A stretch of DNA of 64,000 nt from Pseudomonadota bacterium (GCA_051748005.1 JBNJGW010000004.1:211-64210), one strand, 5' to 3'. Positions 1 through 11,783 are shown, counted from the first letter of the stretch. The notes: a model not told the origin generated them from the letters alone. Numbers and translations: made by a program.

Positions 1-543
1 GAAAACCATGGCCCAGAGGTGTTCGCGGCCACCATAGCGGCGGGCGGTAATCATCATCAGGGCGTAGCAGACCGCCGCCGCTATCATCACCAGCGAGCCC
101 AGCTGGAAGGCCTCTCCGCCCGGGCGTACCACAATGACCACGCCCACAAACCCGACCAGTGAGGCAATCAGTACAGGCGGGTCAATACGCTCGCCGAGCA
201 GAGGAACGGAGAGCAGAGTGACAAACATGGGCGCGACAAAGACAATGGCTGTGGCTTCCGCCAGGGGCAGCATGGTCAGCCCCCAGACAAAAAAGCCCAT
301 GGTGCCGGTATAGATCACCCCCCGCATCAGATGCACCTTAGGCCTGCGCGTTTGCAGCTTGCGCAGGCCACCAGCCCCAAAGTGGGCCAGTAGCGCAATC
401 AGCGGCAAAGATACCAGGGTGCGGAAAAACACGATCTGCAAGGGTGAGTGCACTTCTCCCAGCCATTTGGACACGGCATCGCCCAGCGCCAGGAACAGCA
501 CCCCGATACACATGAACATAATGCCTTTGAAAGAAGGGGTCAT
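1..543 (-). CDS. EamA/DMT family transporter (3' end outside window)
   Basis: Manual translation from ATG at 543: MTPSFKGIMFMCIGVLFLALGDAVSKWL...QIVFFR...LPLAEATAIVFVAPMFVTLLSVPLLGERI...VVRPG; open to position 1; typical EamA motifs. Confidence 0.88.
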   Translation of the reverse strand, partial: MTPSFKGIMFMCIGVLFLALGDAVSKWLGEVHSPLQIVFFRTLVSLPLIALLAHFGAGGLRKLQTRRPKVHLMRGVIYTGTMGFFVWGLTMLPLAEATAIVFVAPMFVTLLSVPLLGERIDPPVLIASLVGFVGVVIVVRPGGEAFQLGSLVMIAAAVCYALMMITARRYGGREHLWAMVF

Positions 544-571
544 ATCAGAATTTCTCGTTATCTAAATAAAC

Positions 572-604
572 AAAAAACCCCGCGAGGTTACCCAGGCGGG
601 GGTC
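572..604 (-). terminator. Intrinsic terminator after the carboxypeptidase gene
   Basis: Minus strand GACCCCCGC-ctgggtaacctc-GCGGGGT-TTTTTG, just after the stop at 622. Confidence 0.7.
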
Positions 605-621
605 ATATACTTAACTTAACA

Positions 622-1938
622 CTACAGGCTGGCGTTTACGACCATACAGTCCATGCCTTGCGAGCGCAGCTGTACGCAGGCGCTATGGGCCTGCTGTTCT
701 TCAAGTGAGACGACGCGGGCACGAAACAGCCGGTTAGGCCCTGGCGCTGCCTGTACCGCCACTTGGCCGCTGATGTGAGTGCCTAGCTGCTGGGATGCCT
801 GAGTGGCCATCCGCCGCGCCAGACCTTCTTCAGCAAAAGCACCTAGCTGAACACCCCACCCCCCATGACTTACTGGCGCTGCTGATCCTGGTCGAGTGGC
901 TGCACGAACCGCCACTTCACGAGCCTCGCGAACCGGATTGGCAGAATTGCTGGCATAGCGATTGCTAGCATAAGCGTTACTGATACTGGCATAGGCAGGC
1001 TGTGAGTAACGCGGAGGCGGTGTATCAAAGCGCATATATTCACGCGAGAAATCGGCACTGGCCAGCCAGTTACTCTGATCACGCAGGCTGGAACGCAGAA
1101 AACTGCGGTCAAGCAGGTCGGCCATATGGGCATCGCGTGAACTGGATGTAAAGCCTCCCATCACTATCCCTACCAGGCGGCGGTTACCCCGCGTCGCGGT
1201 AGTGGCCACATTAAAGCCGGATGCACGGATAAAACCGGTTTTCAAGCCGTCTGCCCCAGGGTAGTTACGTACCAGGCGGTTATGGCTGTTATGCGTCTTG
1301 CCATTAAAGCTGAACGATTGCAGCGCGAAGTAATGGTAATACTGCGGAAAATCGTTCATCACCCGTACCGCAAGTCGCACCATGTCGCGGGCAGTAGTGA
1401 CCTGGCCGCTATCAGGCAGGCCTGAAGCGTTTTTGAAGGTAGTTGATGTCAGGCCAAGCCCCCGGGCACGTTCGGTCATCTGTAGTGCAAACATGCCCTC
1501 TGATCCCCCCAGCGCTTCTGCCAGAACGGCGGCAACATCGTTGGCAGAACGGACAGCCAAGGCGCGAATAGCCTGATCAACCGTAATACTGCTACCCGCT
1601 GGCAGCCACAACTTGACGGCCGGCTTTGCGGCAGCGTAGCTCGAGACAGGCAGAGACTGGTGCAACGACAGTTGCCCGTTTTCCAGCGCTTCAAACGTCA
1701 TGTAGAGCGTCATCATCTTGACCAGGGAAGCCGGGTAGCGACGCTCGTCAGCATTTTCAGCGTAGAGCACTTCGCCATTATCCAGGTCAACCACTATACC
1801 GGCATAGCGGGGGTTGGCATGCACGCTGGAAGATACTGAAAGCATCAGCATTACCAGGGCCACCAGCACGAAAAAGACACCCGACCGGTAGGCACCATGA
1901 TGTTGAGCGGTCGAAAAATTGCCAGCCTGCATGATCAA
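622..1938 (-). CDS. D-alanyl-D-alanine carboxypeptidase (peptidase S11) with C-terminal SPOR domain
   Basis: SxxK (PASLVK), SxN (RSAND), KTG (LKTGF); signal-like N-terminus; SPOR-like WGVQLGAF...LFRARV...AHSACVQL; exact start uncertain. Confidence 0.9.
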   Translation of the reverse strand: MIMQAGNFSTAQHHGAYRSGVFFVLVALVMLMLSVSSSVHANPRYAGIVVDLDNGEVLYAENADERRYPASLVKMMTLYMTFEALENGQLSLHQSLPVSSYAAAKPAVKLWLPAGSSITVDQAIRALAVRSANDVAAVLAEALGGSEGMFALQMTERARGLGLTSTTFKNASGLPDSGQVTTARDMVRLAVRVMNDFPQYYHYFALQSFSFNGKTHNSHNRLVRNYPGADGLKTGFIRASGFNVATTATRGNRRLVGIVMGGFTSSSRDAHMADLLDRSFLRSSLRDQSNWLASADFSREYMRFDTPPPRYSQPAYASISNAYASNRYASNSANPVREAREVAVRAATRPGSAAPVSHGGWGVQLGAFAEEGLARRMATQASQQLGTHISGQVAVQAAPGPNRLFRARVVSLEEQQAHSACVQLRSQGMDCMVVNASL

Positions 1939-2082
1939 ACCCTCTGAATTCCTTGGTGGTGACAGCCTATCCGTTCAATGATTGAGCGTTACTGCGACGT
2001 CTGACATCGAGAATAGCGGTTTTTCAGCCATCTGTATCTGTCATGCCGGCTCATAAGTAATATAAAGACGCTCAGACAGGCC

Positions 2083-2138
2083 AAAAAAAACCGGCCTGAT
2101 AGTCAATGGCATTATGCCAGAGATATCAGGCCGGTTTT
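2083..2138 (-). terminator. Terminator of the alpha operon (after rplQ)
   Basis: 15-bp perfect inverted repeat AAAACCGGCCTGATA/TATCAGGCCGGTTTT with inner TGGCAT/ATGCCA stem and a T8 tract on the minus strand. Confidence 0.85.
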
Positions 2139-2165
2139 ACCGCCACCCTTGCGCCGAAACAGAAC

Positions 2166-2552
2166 TTAATCTTCGACGGCGACGTCTTCCACCACGGGGC
2201 GGTCTACAAGCTCAACGTAAGCCATCGGGGCGTTATCGCCGGTGCGGAAACCGCACTTGAGAATACGGATGTAGCCACCCGGACGCTCGGCATAACGCGG
2301 GCCCAGTTCGTTGAACAGTTTGCCCACCGCTTCCTTGGAACGCGTGCGGGAAAACGCCAGACGACGGTTGGCAACGCTATCCTGCTTGGCCAGAGTGATC
2401 AGCGGCTCGATAACGCGGCGCAGCTCTTTGGCTTTCGGCAGGGTTGTCTTGATAATTTCATGCTCGACCAGTGATACAGACATGTTCTTGAACATGGCCT
2501 GGCGGTGCGAGCTGGTACGATTTAAATGACGACCACTCTTACGATGACGCAT
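2166..2552 (-). CDS. rplQ: 50S ribosomal protein bL17
   Basis: [17 protein letters not shown]...GGYIRILK; after rpoA. Confidence 0.99.
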   Translation of the reverse strand: MRHRKSGRHLNRTSSHRQAMFKNMSVSLVEHEIIKTTLPKAKELRRVIEPLITLAKQDSVANRRLAFSRTRSKEAVGKLFNELGPRYAERPGGYIRILKCGFRTGDNAPMAYVELVDRPVVEDVAVED

Positions 2553-2591
2553 GGTTGTGATTCCTTACCAAACTGGGACTCAAGATGACGC

Positions 2592-3587
2592 TCACGCGGA
2601 GGCCTTGTCGTCCTTCAGGCTTGCTGGCGGCCAGTTCTCTAACCGCATGCCGAGGGACAAGCCACGTGCTGCCAGTACATCCTTGATTTCATTCAGGGAT
2701 TTCTTGCCAAGATTAGGTGTCTTCAACAGCTCAACTTCAGTACGCTGAATCAGATCACCAATGTAATAGATATTCTCGGCTTTCAGGCAGTTCGCGCTGC
2801 GAACAGTCAACTCAAGATCGTCTACGGGGCGCAGTAGAATCGGATCAACATGATCCTCTTCCTCTTCGACTTCCTGCTCTTTATCAGCTTCAAGGTCGAC
2901 GAAGGCGGCCAGCTGCTCTTGCAGGATGGTCGCACTGCGGCGGATAGCCTCTTCTGGATCCAGGGTGCCATCTGTTTCCAGATCGATAATCAGCTTATCG
3001 AGGTCAGTACGCTGCTCGACACGGGCTGCTTCAACGGCATAAGAAACACGACGCACAGGGCTGAAGGTAGCATCCAGCTGCAGGCGGCCAATCGCCCGTG
3101 ATTCATCATCTGAACCACGCACATCAGCTGGCTCGTAGCCGCGCCCCAGTGCCACCTTAAGCTGAATCTTCAGCTCGGCACCTTCGTTTACGTGCGCAAT
3201 GACGTGATCCGGGTTGACGATTTCAACGCTGTGATCAAGTGCAATGTCGCCAGCAGTGACGACGGCTGGGCCCTGCTTGTTCAGCGAGAGCACCGCCTCG
3301 TCGCGGCTGTGCATCTTGATCGCAACATCTTTAAGGTTCAGGAGGATTTCGATGACATCCTCCTGCACTCCTTCGATGGCACTGTATTCATGCTCGACAC
3401 CTGCAATTTCAGCCTCAACCACGGCAGCACCGGGCATGGACGAAAGCAGAATGCGACGCAGTGCATTCCCAAGAGTGTGGCCAAAGCCGCGCTCGAAAGG
3501 TTCGAGAACGATCTTGGCATGATGTGCGCTAATTTCTTCGACCTTGATGTCGCGGGGACGGAGAAACTCTGTCACTGAACGCTGCAT
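2592..3587 (-). CDS. rpoA: RNA polymerase alpha subunit
   Basis: [23 protein letters not shown]; [23 protein letters not shown]. Confidence 0.99.
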   Translation of the reverse strand: MQRSVTEFLRPRDIKVEEISAHHAKIVLEPFERGFGHTLGNALRRILLSSMPGAAVVEAEIAGVEHEYSAIEGVQEDVIEILLNLKDVAIKMHSRDEAVLSLNKQGPAVVTAGDIALDHSVEIVNPDHVIAHVNEGAELKIQLKVALGRGYEPADVRGSDDESRAIGRLQLDATFSPVRRVSYAVEAARVEQRTDLDKLIIDLETDGTLDPEEAIRRSATILQEQLAAFVDLEADKEQEVEEEEDHVDPILLRPVDDLELTVRSANCLKAENIYYIGDLIQRTEVELLKTPNLGKKSLNEIKDVLAARGLSLGMRLENWPPASLKDDKASA

Positions 3588-3704
3588 AAAAACACCTTTC
3601 AGGCTGCCAAACGGGTTCTGAGCACTCTGGAGAGTCAGTAGAACAATCCAGAATAACCGGGCGGGTTAGGCACCACGCCCGGACATGAAGAAGCCAGTCA
3701 AGAC

Positions 3705-4325
3705 TTACTTCGAGTACAGCTCGACGATCAGATTTTCGTTGATGTCGGCAGTCAGGTCACCGCGTTCAGGCAGAGCCTTGAAAGTGCCTTCCATCTTCTT
3801 GGCGTCTGTTTCGATCCAGGTCACATCGCCACGGTTGGCCGCCAGGGCCATAGCGCTTTGAATGCGAGCCTGATTCTTCGCCTTTTCGCGAACGGAAACA
3901 ACGTCACCCGGCTTGACCTGATAGGAAGCCACGTTGACGGTTTTGCCGTTCACAGCAATTGCCTTGTGACTGACCAGCTGACGTGCTTCTGAGCGGGTCG
4001 AGCCAAAGCCCATGCGGTAGACGACGTTATCCAGTCGGGATTCGAGCAACTGCAACAATACTTCACCGGTAGCGCCTTTCAGGCGAGCGGCTTCTTTGTA
4101 GTAGTTACGGAACTGCTTTTCGAGTACGCCATACATACGGCGTACTTTCTGCTTCTCGCGAAGCTGCAAGCCGTAGTCGGAAAGACGCTGACGACGCTGG
4201 CCGTGTACACCCGGAATCTGTTCGGATTTACACTTTTTCTCGAAGGGAGTCACACCACTCTTCAAAAAGAGGTCTGTGCCTTCACGACGAGACAGTTTGC
4301 ACTTCGGTCCAATATAACGAGCCAT
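3705..4325 (-). CDS. rpsD: 30S ribosomal protein uS4
   Basis: [38 protein letters not shown]. Confidence 0.99.
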   Translation of the reverse strand: MARYIGPKCKLSRREGTDLFLKSGVTPFEKKCKSEQIPGVHGQRRQRLSDYGLQLREKQKVRRMYGVLEKQFRNYYKEAARLKGATGEVLLQLLESRLDNVVYRMGFGSTRSEARQLVSHKAIAVNGKTVNVASYQVKPGDVVSVREKAKNQARIQSAMALAANRGDVTWIETDAKKMEGTFKALPERGDLTADINENLIVELYSK

Positions 4326-4337
4326 GAATCTGTCTCC

Positions 4338-4724
4338 TTAAACGCGGCGTTTCTTAGGCGGACGGCAGCCATTATGGGGAATGGGCGTCGCGTCAGTGAT
4401 GCTTTGCACGCGGAAGCCGGCGGCATTTAGAGCGCGCACGGCGGATTCACGACCGGGACCTGGGCCTTTGACCAGCACGTCGACGTTTTTCACACCATAC
4501 TCGGCTGCAGCAGTTGCTGCACGTTCACTTGCTACTTGAGCAGCGAACGGGGTGCTCTTGCGAGAACCACGAAAACCCGAACCACCGGCAGTTGCCCATG
4601 AAAGAGCATTGCCCTGGCGGTCTGTGATCGTCACGATCGTGTTGTTAAAAGAGGCGTGAATATGCGCTACGGCGTCCACTACCTGCTTTTTAACCTTTTT
4701 ACGGTTACTACGCGGGTTAGCCAT
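4338..4724 (-). CDS. rpsK: 30S ribosomal protein uS11
   Basis: [37 protein letters not shown]. Confidence 0.99.
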   Translation of the reverse strand: MANPRSNRKKVKKQVVDAVAHIHASFNNTIVTITDRQGNALSWATAGGSGFRGSRKSTPFAAQVASERAATAAAEYGVKNVDVLVKGPGPGRESAVRALNAAGFRVQSITDATPIPHNGCRPPKKRRV

Positions 4725-4776
4725 GTTGATGTCTATTCCTGTCTTTACGTCAACTCTCTATTAAAGAGCCTGCGTA

Positions 4777-5133
4777 TTATTTGCGGATCGGCTTACGCGG
4801 GCCCTTACGGGTACGCGCGTTAGTCTTGGTCCGCTGACCACGCAGCGGAAGACTACGGCGATGACGCAGACCACGGTAGCAACCCAAGTCCATGAGACGC
4901 TTGATATTCAGCGTGACATCACGGCGTAGGTCGCCTTCTACGGTATACTTACCAACTTCAGAACGAACGGTATCCAGTTCTTCACTGGACAGGTCCTGAA
5001 TCTTGATAGTCGGCGCGATGCCGGCTGCAGCACAGATGTGCTCAGCACGGGTACGGCCGATCCCGAAGATGTAGGTCAGCGAGATCGCCGCATGCTTGTT
5101 GTCCGGGATATTGACGCCTGCAATACGGGCCAT
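4777..5133 (-). CDS. rpsM: 30S ribosomal protein uS13
   Basis: [31 protein letters not shown]. Confidence 0.99.
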   Translation of the reverse strand: MARIAGVNIPDNKHAAISLTYIFGIGRTRAEHICAAAGIAPTIKIQDLSSEELDTVRSEVGKYTVEGDLRRDVTLNIKRLMDLGCYRGLRHRRSLPLRGQRTKTNARTRKGPRKPIRK

Positions 5134-5190
5134 CAGCTTACTCCGAAGTTTGAGCGGCTTGCTCGTTTGTTCATCTTTAAAAGGCGCAAC

Positions 5191-5219
5191 AGAATACCTT
5201 TACCTGAGCTGGATTGCAA
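5191..5219 (-). promoter_or_regulatory. Putative sigma70 promoter of the alpha operon
   Basis: TTGCAA-17 bp-TATTCT, followed by GTTGCGCC, ~57 nt upstream of rpsM. Confidence 0.65.
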
Positions 5220-5274
5220 GTGGTGCAACCAACCAGGTAGCAGAGACCCTGACGCCAACATGTTCAGGTCAGGA

Positions 5275-5388
5275 TTAACCCTGACGCTGCTTGTGCCGAG
5301 GCTCCGTGCAAATAACGCGTACAGCGCCATTGCGACGGATGATCTTGCAGTTACGGCACATTTTCTTTACGGAAGCTCGAACTTTCAT
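5275..5388 (-). CDS. rpmJ: 50S ribosomal protein bL36 (Zn-ribbon, C+ type)
   Basis: [37 protein letters not shown], 37 aa; SD GGAG. Confidence 0.98.
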   Translation of the reverse strand: MKVRASVKKMCRNCKIIRRNGAVRVICTEPRHKQRQG

Positions 5389-5479
5389 CGATCTTTCTCC
5401 AAAAACCGTCTCGCGGTGCGCCCTCGGCACTGATTGCCGAGGGGCTTCCCTCACGGGTATTAAAGCGTTGGACATCGCC

Positions 5480-6811
5480 TCAGCGCATGATGCCGCCGCT
5501 GCCGTAGCCTTTCAGGTTGGACTTCTTCATTACCGAATCGTACTGATTGGACATCAGGTGCGATTGAACTTGAGCCATGAAGTCCATGATAACCACCACG
5601 ACAATCAACAGGGATGTACCGCCAAAGAAGAACGGAACATTCCAGGCCACAATCAAAAACTGGGGCATCAGAGAAACTGCGGTGATGTACAGTGCACCGA
5701 ACAAGGTCAGACGTGTCATGACCTTATCTATGTAGCGAGCAGTCTGCTCACCTGGACGTATACCCGGCAAAAAGGCGCCTGACTTTTTAAGATTGTCAGC
5801 TACATCTTTGGGGTTGAAGACCAGCGCTGTGTAAAAGAAGCAGAAGAATACCACTGCCGCCGCGAAAAGCAAGATATAAAGCGGTTGACCCGGGCCGAGC
5901 GCCTGTGATGCGCGCTGCAGCCACTCCATGCCTTCACCCGCCCCCATCCACTGCCCGATAGATGCCGGGAACAGCAGAATACTGGAAGCAAAGATAGCGG
6001 GAATTACCCCGGCCATATTGACTTTCAGTGGCAGATAACTGCTTTGGCCTGCATACATCTTGTTTCCCACCTGACGACGTGGGTAGTTCACCTTGAGGCG
6101 GCGTTGGCCGCGCTCGATGAATACCACGAACGCCACAGTGGCGATACCTAGTGCAGACAAAGCCAACAGCGGCAGTACATTCCAGGCGCCTTCATTACGG
6201 GCAAGCTCGAAAGCCTGACCGATGCCACCAGGAAGCCCGGCGACGATACCGGCAAAGATCAGCAGTGAGATACCATTGCCGATGCCTTTTTCGGTAATCT
6301 GCTCGCCCAGCCACATCATGAACACCGCACCTGACACAAAGGTGACAATAGCAGTGAAATAGAAGCTGAAGTCAGCGCTGTAGGCAATTCCCTGACTAGC
6401 CAGGCCGACCGACATGCCGGTGGCCTGAATAAGTGCCAGCAACACCGTGCCGTAGCGGGTGTACTGGCTGATCTTGCGGCGGCCGGCTTCCCCTTCCTTC
6501 TTGAGCTGCTCAAGATGGGGGGAAACCGCGGACATCAGCTGCATGATGATCGACGCGGATATATAGGGCATTATGCCCAGCGCGAGGACACTCATGCGCT
6601 CCAGTGCACCACCCGAGAACATGTTGAACATGCCCAGAATGGTACCCTGTTGCTCCCTGAACAAGGCAGCAAGCTGGTCAGGATTGATACCGGGTACGGG
6701 AATGTGGGCACCGATACGGTAGACCACAATGGCGAGGAGCACGAAGCGCAGACGCGCCCATAGTTCACTCAGACCGCTGCCCATCGCCGGCATATTTCCT
6801 GACTTGGCCAT
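5480..6811 (-). CDS. secY: Preprotein translocase SecY
   Basis: [49 protein letters not shown]. Confidence 0.99.
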   Translation of the reverse strand: MAKSGNMPAMGSGLSELWARLRFVLLAIVVYRIGAHIPVPGINPDQLAALFREQQGTILGMFNMFSGGALERMSVLALGIMPYISASIIMQLMSAVSPHLEQLKKEGEAGRRKISQYTRYGTVLLALIQATGMSVGLASQGIAYSADFSFYFTAIVTFVSGAVFMMWLGEQITEKGIGNGISLLIFAGIVAGLPGGIGQAFELARNEGAWNVLPLLALSALGIATVAFVVFIERGQRRLKVNYPRRQVGNKMYAGQSSYLPLKVNMAGVIPAIFASSILLFPASIGQWMGAGEGMEWLQRASQALGPGQPLYILLFAAAVVFFCFFYTALVFNPKDVADNLKKSGAFLPGIRPGEQTARYIDKVMTRLTLFGALYITAVSLMPQFLIVAWNVPFFFGGTSLLIVVVVIMDFMAQVQSHLMSNQYDSVMKKSNLKGYGSGGIMR

Positions 6812-7246
6812 TTAGTCCTCTACCTTTCCGCCAGCGGCTTCGATAGCAGCTCGCGCACCCTTGGTGCACTTGATGCCGCGAACGGTAACCGCCTTGTTGA
6901 GATCGCCTGACAGGATGATCTTCGCGTGACGCGTAGAATCCTTCAGCACGTTGGCATCTTTCAGAGTGTCCAGAGTAACTTCATCACCGGCTACTTTCGC
7001 CAGCTCAGCCACGCGGACTTCTTCTGATACCAGAGACTTGGCAGAGGTAAAACCAAATTTTGGCAGACGACGCTGCAAAGGCATCTGACCGCCTTCAAAA
7101 CCTGGCTTGACGCTGCCGCCACTGCGTGACTTCTGGCCTTTGTGGCCACGGCCACCGGTCTTGCCCAGACCGGAACCGATACCACGACCAACACGCTTTT
7201 CAGCCTGCTTTGAGCCCGGTGCCGGGCTCAGGGTATTGAGTTTCAT
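6812..7246 (-). CDS. rplO: 50S ribosomal protein uL15
   Basis: [31 protein letters not shown]. Confidence 0.99.
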   Translation of the reverse strand: MKLNTLSPAPGSKQAEKRVGRGIGSGLGKTGGRGHKGQKSRSGGSVKPGFEGGQMPLQRRLPKFGFTSAKSLVSEEVRVAELAKVAGDEVTLDTLKDANVLKDSTRHAKIILSGDLNKAVTVRGIKCTKGARAAIEAAGGKVED

Positions 7247-7249
7247 GGA

Positions 7250-7432
7250 TTACTCTCCCTCAACGCGCACAAGGTAGGTTACCTTGTGGATCATGCCGCG
7301 TACGGCGGGGGTGTCTTCCAGTTCAACCGTGTGACCGATGCGACGCAGACCCAAGCCTTTAATAGTAGCTTTGTGCTTGGGCAGAATGCCGATGGTGCTG
7401 CGGACCTGGGTAACCTTGATCGTTGCTGCCAT
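7250..7432 (-). CDS. rpmD: 50S ribosomal protein uL30
   Basis: [15 protein letters not shown]...[23 protein letters not shown], 60 aa. Confidence 0.98.
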   Translation of the reverse strand: MAATIKVTQVRSTIGILPKHKATIKGLGLRRIGHTVELEDTPAVRGMIHKVTYLVRVEGE

Positions 7433-7437
7433 GGTAT

Positions 7438-7938
7438 TCACCCCGTGATCGCTTCGACAGACAGGCCACGCTTGGCAGCCACGTCTTCCGGTGCCTGCAT
7501 TGACGCGAGACCATTGACGGTTGCGCGTACAACGTTGACCGGGTTGGTAGAACCGTAGCACTTGGCCAGTACATCGTGGACGCCAGCGAGCTCAAGTACT
7601 GAGCGCATGGCGCCGCCTGCGATGATACCGGTACCTTCGGAAGCCGGCTGCATGTACACCTTGGAAGCACCGTGACGGGCTTTTACCGGGTACTGCAGTG
7701 TGTGGCCTGCAAGGTTAACCTTGACCATGTTGCGACGCGCTTGTTCCATCGCCTTTTGAATGGCAACCGGCACTTCACGTGCCTTACCACGACCAAAGCC
7801 GACACGACCTTTACCATCACCAACGACGGTCAGTGCGGTAAAGCCGAAAATACGACCACCTTTGACCACCTTGGCGACACGGTTGACCTGCACGAGCTTT
7901 TCCTGCAGATCACCGTTTTGCTGTTCGTTCTTCGCCAT
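7438..7938 (-). CDS. rpsE: 30S ribosomal protein uS5
   Basis: [26 protein letters not shown]. Confidence 0.99.
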   Translation of the reverse strand: MAKNEQQNGDLQEKLVQVNRVAKVVKGGRIFGFTALTVVGDGKGRVGFGRGKAREVPVAIQKAMEQARRNMVKVNLAGHTLQYPVKARHGASKVYMQPASEGTGIIAGGAMRSVLELAGVHDVLAKCYGSTNPVNVVRATVNGLASMQAPEDVAAKRGLSVEAITG

Positions 7939-7949
7939 CGTAAAACCCT

Positions 7950-8300
7950 TTAGAATTCCAGGCCGCCTTCACGTGCGGCGTCGGCCAGAGCCTTGACGCG
8001 ACCGTGATACATAAAGCCAGCACGATCGAAGGCCACCTGGGTGATGCCTGCTTCTTTTGCGCGTTCGGCAATCAGGGCGCCAACTTTCGTGGCAGCCTCT
8101 GTATTACCGGTCGCACCCTCGCGAAGCGCTTTGTCCAGCGTAGATGCACTGGCCAGCACTTTGCCACCATCCGGCGAGATAATCTGCGCATAGATGTGAC
8201 GCGGGGTACGGTTGACGCACAGGCGGAACGCGCCTAGCTCGCGGATCTTGGCGCGAGCACGGCGGGCACGACGGAGACGAGATTCTTTCTTCGCGTTCAT
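7950..8300 (-). CDS. rplR: 50S ribosomal protein uL18
   Basis: [26 protein letters not shown]. Confidence 0.99.
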   Translation of the reverse strand: MNAKKESRLRRARRARAKIRELGAFRLCVNRTPRHIYAQIISPDGGKVLASASTLDKALREGATGNTEAATKVGALIAERAKEAGITQVAFDRAGFMYHGRVKALADAAREGGLEF

Positions 8301-8309
8301 AACCCTGCC

Positions 8310-8840
8310 TTACTTCTTCTTGGCTTCTTTGCGACGCACCTGCTCGTCGGCGTACCGAACACCCTTGCCTTTATACGGCTCAGGGGGACGGAAGGCGCGG
8401 ATTTCCGCGGCGCACTGACCGAGCTTCTGCTTGTCCGCGCTTTTCAGCACGATAACGGTGTTCTTCGGCGTTTCCGCTGAGACACCTTCAGGCAGTTCGT
8501 AGTCGACCGGGTGCGAGAAGCCCAGTGAAAGATTGAGCGTCTGGCCCTTTACTTGGGCACGATAACCGACGCCAACAATTTCGAGGGATCTTGTAAAGCC
8601 CTCGGATACGCCCGTGACCAGGTTCTGAACCAAGGCGCGGGTGGTACCGGCCATTGCCCAGCTCTTCGCCGATTCACTCGGCGCGAAGGTCAGTTGGCCG
8701 TCTTCCTGTGCAATCACGACATCATCGTGAATCTGCATGGAAAGCGTACCTTGACCACCTTTGACGGTCACTGTGCCTGCGTCAAGCTTGATATCAACGC
8801 CGGCGGGCAGTTTAACCGGATATTTCGCTATGCGGGACAT
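8310..8840 (-). CDS. rplF: 50S ribosomal protein uL6
   Basis: [26 protein letters not shown]. Confidence 0.99.
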   Translation of the reverse strand: MSRIAKYPVKLPAGVDIKLDAGTVTVKGGQGTLSMQIHDDVVIAQEDGQLTFAPSESAKSWAMAGTTRALVQNLVTGVSEGFTRSLEIVGVGYRAQVKGQTLNLSLGFSHPVDYELPEGVSAETPKNTVIVLKSADKQKLGQCAAEIRAFRPPEPYKGKGVRYADEQVRRKEAKKK

Positions 8841-8849
8841 TCCAGCCTC

Positions 8850-9242
8850 CTAGAATACGGTGCAGATGACTTCGCCACCGACACCCGCCTGGCGCGCGGC
8901 ACGATCGGTCATCACACCATTGGAGGTGGTGACAATCGCGATACCCAGACCATCGGCGACCTTAGGCAGGTTGTCTTTGCCCTTGTACTGGCGCAGAGAC
9001 GGCTTGGAAACCCGCTGGATGTGGTCGATAACCGGCTTGCCCTCAAAGTACTTGAGAGTCACGGTCAATTCGGGCTTGCTGCTTTCAGCCACTGAGTAAT
9101 CAGTGATGTAGCCCTCTTCTTTCAGCACGCGGGCCACTTCCACTTTCAACTTGGAGGACGGCATGGTTGCCGTCTCCTTGGTGGCCATCTGCGCATTGCG
9201 GATACGGGTAAACATATCCGCCAGAGTGTCTTGCATGCTCAT
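8850..9242 (-). CDS. rpsH: 30S ribosomal protein uS8
   Basis: [25 protein letters not shown]. Confidence 0.99.
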   Translation of the reverse strand: MSMQDTLADMFTRIRNAQMATKETATMPSSKLKVEVARVLKEEGYITDYSVAESSKPELTVTLKYFEGKPVIDHIQRVSKPSLRQYKGKDNLPKVADGLGIAIVTTSNGVMTDRAARQAGVGGEVICTVF

Positions 9243-9275
9243 TTAATGTGCGCTCCTGATGATTCTACGTGGCAC

Positions 9276-9581
9276 TTACCAGCTGGACTTTTTAAGGCCA
9301 GGGACGTCGCCACGCATGGCGGCTTCACGCAGCTTGTTACGGCCGAGGCCGAACTTGTTATAGAAACCGTGCGGACGGCCGGTAACGCGGCAGCGATTAC
9401 GCTGACGTACCGGGCTTGAATCGCGCGGCAGTTGCTGCAGCTTAAGCTGCGCGTCGAAGCGCTCTTCGTCGGAAGCGTTAACGTCCTGGATGATTGCTTT
9501 GAGTTCAGCGCGCTTGGCAGCGTATTTGGCTACCAGGTTCGTGCGCTTGAGCTCACGCTCTACCATGCTTTTCTTTGCCAT
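9276..9581 (-). CDS. rpsN: 30S ribosomal protein uS14 (101-aa, C- type)
   Basis: [26 protein letters not shown]. Confidence 0.99.
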   Translation of the reverse strand: MAKKSMVERELKRTNLVAKYAAKRAELKAIIQDVNASDEERFDAQLKLQQLPRDSSPVRQRNRCRVTGRPHGFYNKFGLGRNKLREAAMRGDVPGLKKSSW

Positions 9582-9591
9582 GATCCAACCC

Positions 9592-10131
9592 TTATTTTTT
9601 GAAGGGGAAGTTCAGCGCACGCAAGAGTGCACGACCTTCCTCATCGGTGTTGGCGGTAGTGGTGATGGTGACATCCAACCCCCGGATACGGTCGATCTTA
9701 TCATACTCGAGCTCCGGGAAGATGATCTGCTCACGCACACCCATTGAGTAATTGCCACGACCGTCAAAAGACTTCGGGTTGAGACCACGGAAGTCACGCA
9801 CGCGAGGAATCGCGATGTTGACCAGGCGGTCCAGGAAATCCCACATACGCTCGCTGCGCAGTGTGACCTTGACACCGATGGGCCAACCTTCACGCACCTT
9901 GAAGCCCGCGATGGACTTGCGTGCCTTGGTCACCAGCGGCTTTTGACCGGAAAGCTTCTCCAGATCGCCGATGGCATTATCGATCAGCTTTTTATCGCTG
10001 ACCGCTTCGCCGATACCCATATTAAGGGTCACTTTCGTGATCCGGGGTACCTGCATTACGTTGGCGTAGCTGAACTCTTCTTTCAGTTTAGCTACAACCT
10101 CGTTTTGATAACGTTCTTTCAAGTTCGCCAT
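9592..10131 (-). CDS. rplE: 50S ribosomal protein uL5
   Basis: [30 protein letters not shown]. Confidence 0.99.
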   Translation of the reverse strand: MANLKERYQNEVVAKLKEEFSYANVMQVPRITKVTLNMGIGEAVSDKKLIDNAIGDLEKLSGQKPLVTKARKSIAGFKVREGWPIGVKVTLRSERMWDFLDRLVNIAIPRVRDFRGLNPKSFDGRGNYSMGVREQIIFPELEYDKIDRIRGLDVTITTTANTDEEGRALLRALNFPFKK

Positions 10132-10149
10132 TTTGCTACCCGACTCACG

Positions 10150-10464
10150 TTAGGCGTCGATCTGCGTCTGCGTCGACTTGTAGATACGTACCTTGGTACC
10201 GTCTTCCTGGACTTGGAACCCGACGCGATCCGCCTTACCGGTCTCCGAATTGAAGATGGCTACGTTGGACGCGTGAATCGGAGCCTCACGCTCAACGATA
10301 CCGCCCTGATTTCCCGCCATGGGATTTGGCTTGGTGTGACGCTTGATCATATTCACACCGGACACCACAAAGCGGTTTTCTAGTACCCGCTTGACGGTGC
10401 CACGCTTGCCTTTATCCTTCCCGGCGATGACGATGACTTCATCGTCACGTTTGATCTTTTGCAT
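10150..10464 (-). CDS. rplX: 50S ribosomal protein uL24
   Basis: KOW motif [24 protein letters not shown]. Confidence 0.99.
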   Translation of the reverse strand: MQKIKRDDEVIVIAGKDKGKRGTVKRVLENRFVVSGVNMIKRHTKPNPMAGNQGGIVEREAPIHASNVAIFNSETGKADRVGFQVQEDGTKVRIYKSTQTQIDA

Positions 10465-10478
10465 ATCCGCCTCGCTCC

Positions 10479-10850
10479 TTACAGCACTTCAGGCGCCAAG
10501 GAAATGATCTTCATGAACTTTTCATTACGAAGTTCACGAGTGACCGGCCCGAAAATACGGGTCCCGACCGGCTGTTCGTTGGTGTTATTCAACAGAACCG
10601 CCGCATTCCCGTCGAAACGGATCAGCGAACCGTCAGGACGACGGACGCCGCTCTTGGTACGGACGACAACCGCTTTCATGACCTGGCCTTTCTTGACCTT
10701 GCCACGCGGGATCGCCTCTTTTACTGATACTTTGATGACGTCACCAACGCGAGCGTAGCGGCGGTGTGAACCGCCTAACACCTTGATGCATTGCACCCGG
10801 CGCGCTCCGCTGTTGTCAGCGACATCCAGCATTGTCTGAGTCTGAATCAT
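10479..10850 (-). CDS. rplN: 50S ribosomal protein uL14
   Basis: [26 protein letters not shown]. Confidence 0.99.
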   Translation of the reverse strand: MIQTQTMLDVADNSGARRVQCIKVLGGSHRRYARVGDVIKVSVKEAIPRGKVKKGQVMKAVVVRTKSGVRRPDGSLIRFDGNAAVLLNNTNEQPVGTRIFGPVTRELRNEKFMKIISLAPEVL

Positions 10851-10901
10851 CGGTTTTCTCCAAACCTAATCTGACTGCACTGGTTGAACAGGCGCAGGCA
10901 A

Positions 10902-11162
10902 TTAACCTTTAGCCTGCTCGACCACCTCGATGAGGGTCCAGGCTTTCTTCTTGGACAGCGGACGGCACTCTTGAATAGAGACCGTGTCGCCAGCCTTCGC
11001 CTGATTCGACTCATCGTGGGCGTGCAACTTGGTGGAGCGCTTTACGTATTTTCCGTAGATCGGGTGACGCTCACGACGCTCGATCATTACCACGATGGAC
11101 TTGTCCATCTTGTCACTCACCACTTTACCGGTGAGTGTACGGGCTTTCTTTTCTTCGGCCAT
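10902..11162 (-). CDS. rpsQ: 30S ribosomal protein uS17
   Basis: [23 protein letters not shown]; ATG at 11162. Confidence 0.98.
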   Translation of the reverse strand: MAEEKKARTLTGKVVSDKMDKSIVVMIERRERHPIYGKYVKRSTKLHAHDESNQAKAGDTVSIQECRPLSKKKAWTLIEVVEQAKG

Positions 11163-11163
11163 C

Positions 11164-11355
11164 TCAGTCACCTGCCTTCTCGTTAAGCACAGTCTTCACG
11201 CGGGCAATATCCCGACGGACCTGCTTGAGCAGATGAGTCTGGCTCAGTTGGCCGGTGGCCTTCTGCATGCGCAGGTTAAACTGCTCGCGGAGGAGTTCGA
11301 GGAGCTGTTCCTGAAGCTCTCCGACTGACTTTTCACGAATTTCTTGGGCTTTCAT
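11164..11355 (-). CDS. rpmC: 50S ribosomal protein uL29
   Basis: [25 protein letters not shown]. Confidence 0.98.
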   Translation of the reverse strand: MKAQEIREKSVGELQEQLLELLREQFNLRMQKATGQLSQTHLLKQVRRDIARVKTVLNEKAGD

Positions 11356-11768
11356 CACATCACCGTCCGTTTCGCAAAGGTGGTGGATATGGGCATTTTC
11401 TGGGCGGCCAGCTCAAACGCTTCACGCGCGAGCTCTTCTGACACACCTTCAATCTCATAAAGGACCCGACCCGGCTGGATCTGGGCTACCCAGTACTCGA
11501 CTGAACCTTTACCTTTACCCATACGAACTTCGAGTGGTTTCTTGGAGATCGGCTTGTCAGGGAATACGCGGATCCAGATCTTGCCGCCACGCTTGACGTG
11601 ACGTGTGATCGCACGACGGCCGGCTTCGATCTGACGCGCAGTGATGCGGCCGCGACCGGTAGCCTTGAGGCCATACTCCCCGAAGCTAATCTTGCTTCCG
11701 CGCTGTGCCAGGCCGCGGTTACGACCTTTCTGCACTTTACGGAATTTTAAACGCTTGGGCTGTAACAT
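11355..11768 (-). CDS. rplP: 50S ribosomal protein uL16
   Basis: [22 protein letters not shown]. Confidence 0.99.
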   Translation of the reverse strand: MLQPKRLKFRKVQKGRNRGLAQRGSKISFGEYGLKATGRGRITARQIEAGRRAITRHVKRGGKIWIRVFPDKPISKKPLEVRMGKGKGSVEYWVAQIQPGRVLYEIEGVSEELAREAFELAAQKMPISTTFAKRTVM

Positions 11769-11783
11769 CGACTCGCTCTCCCC

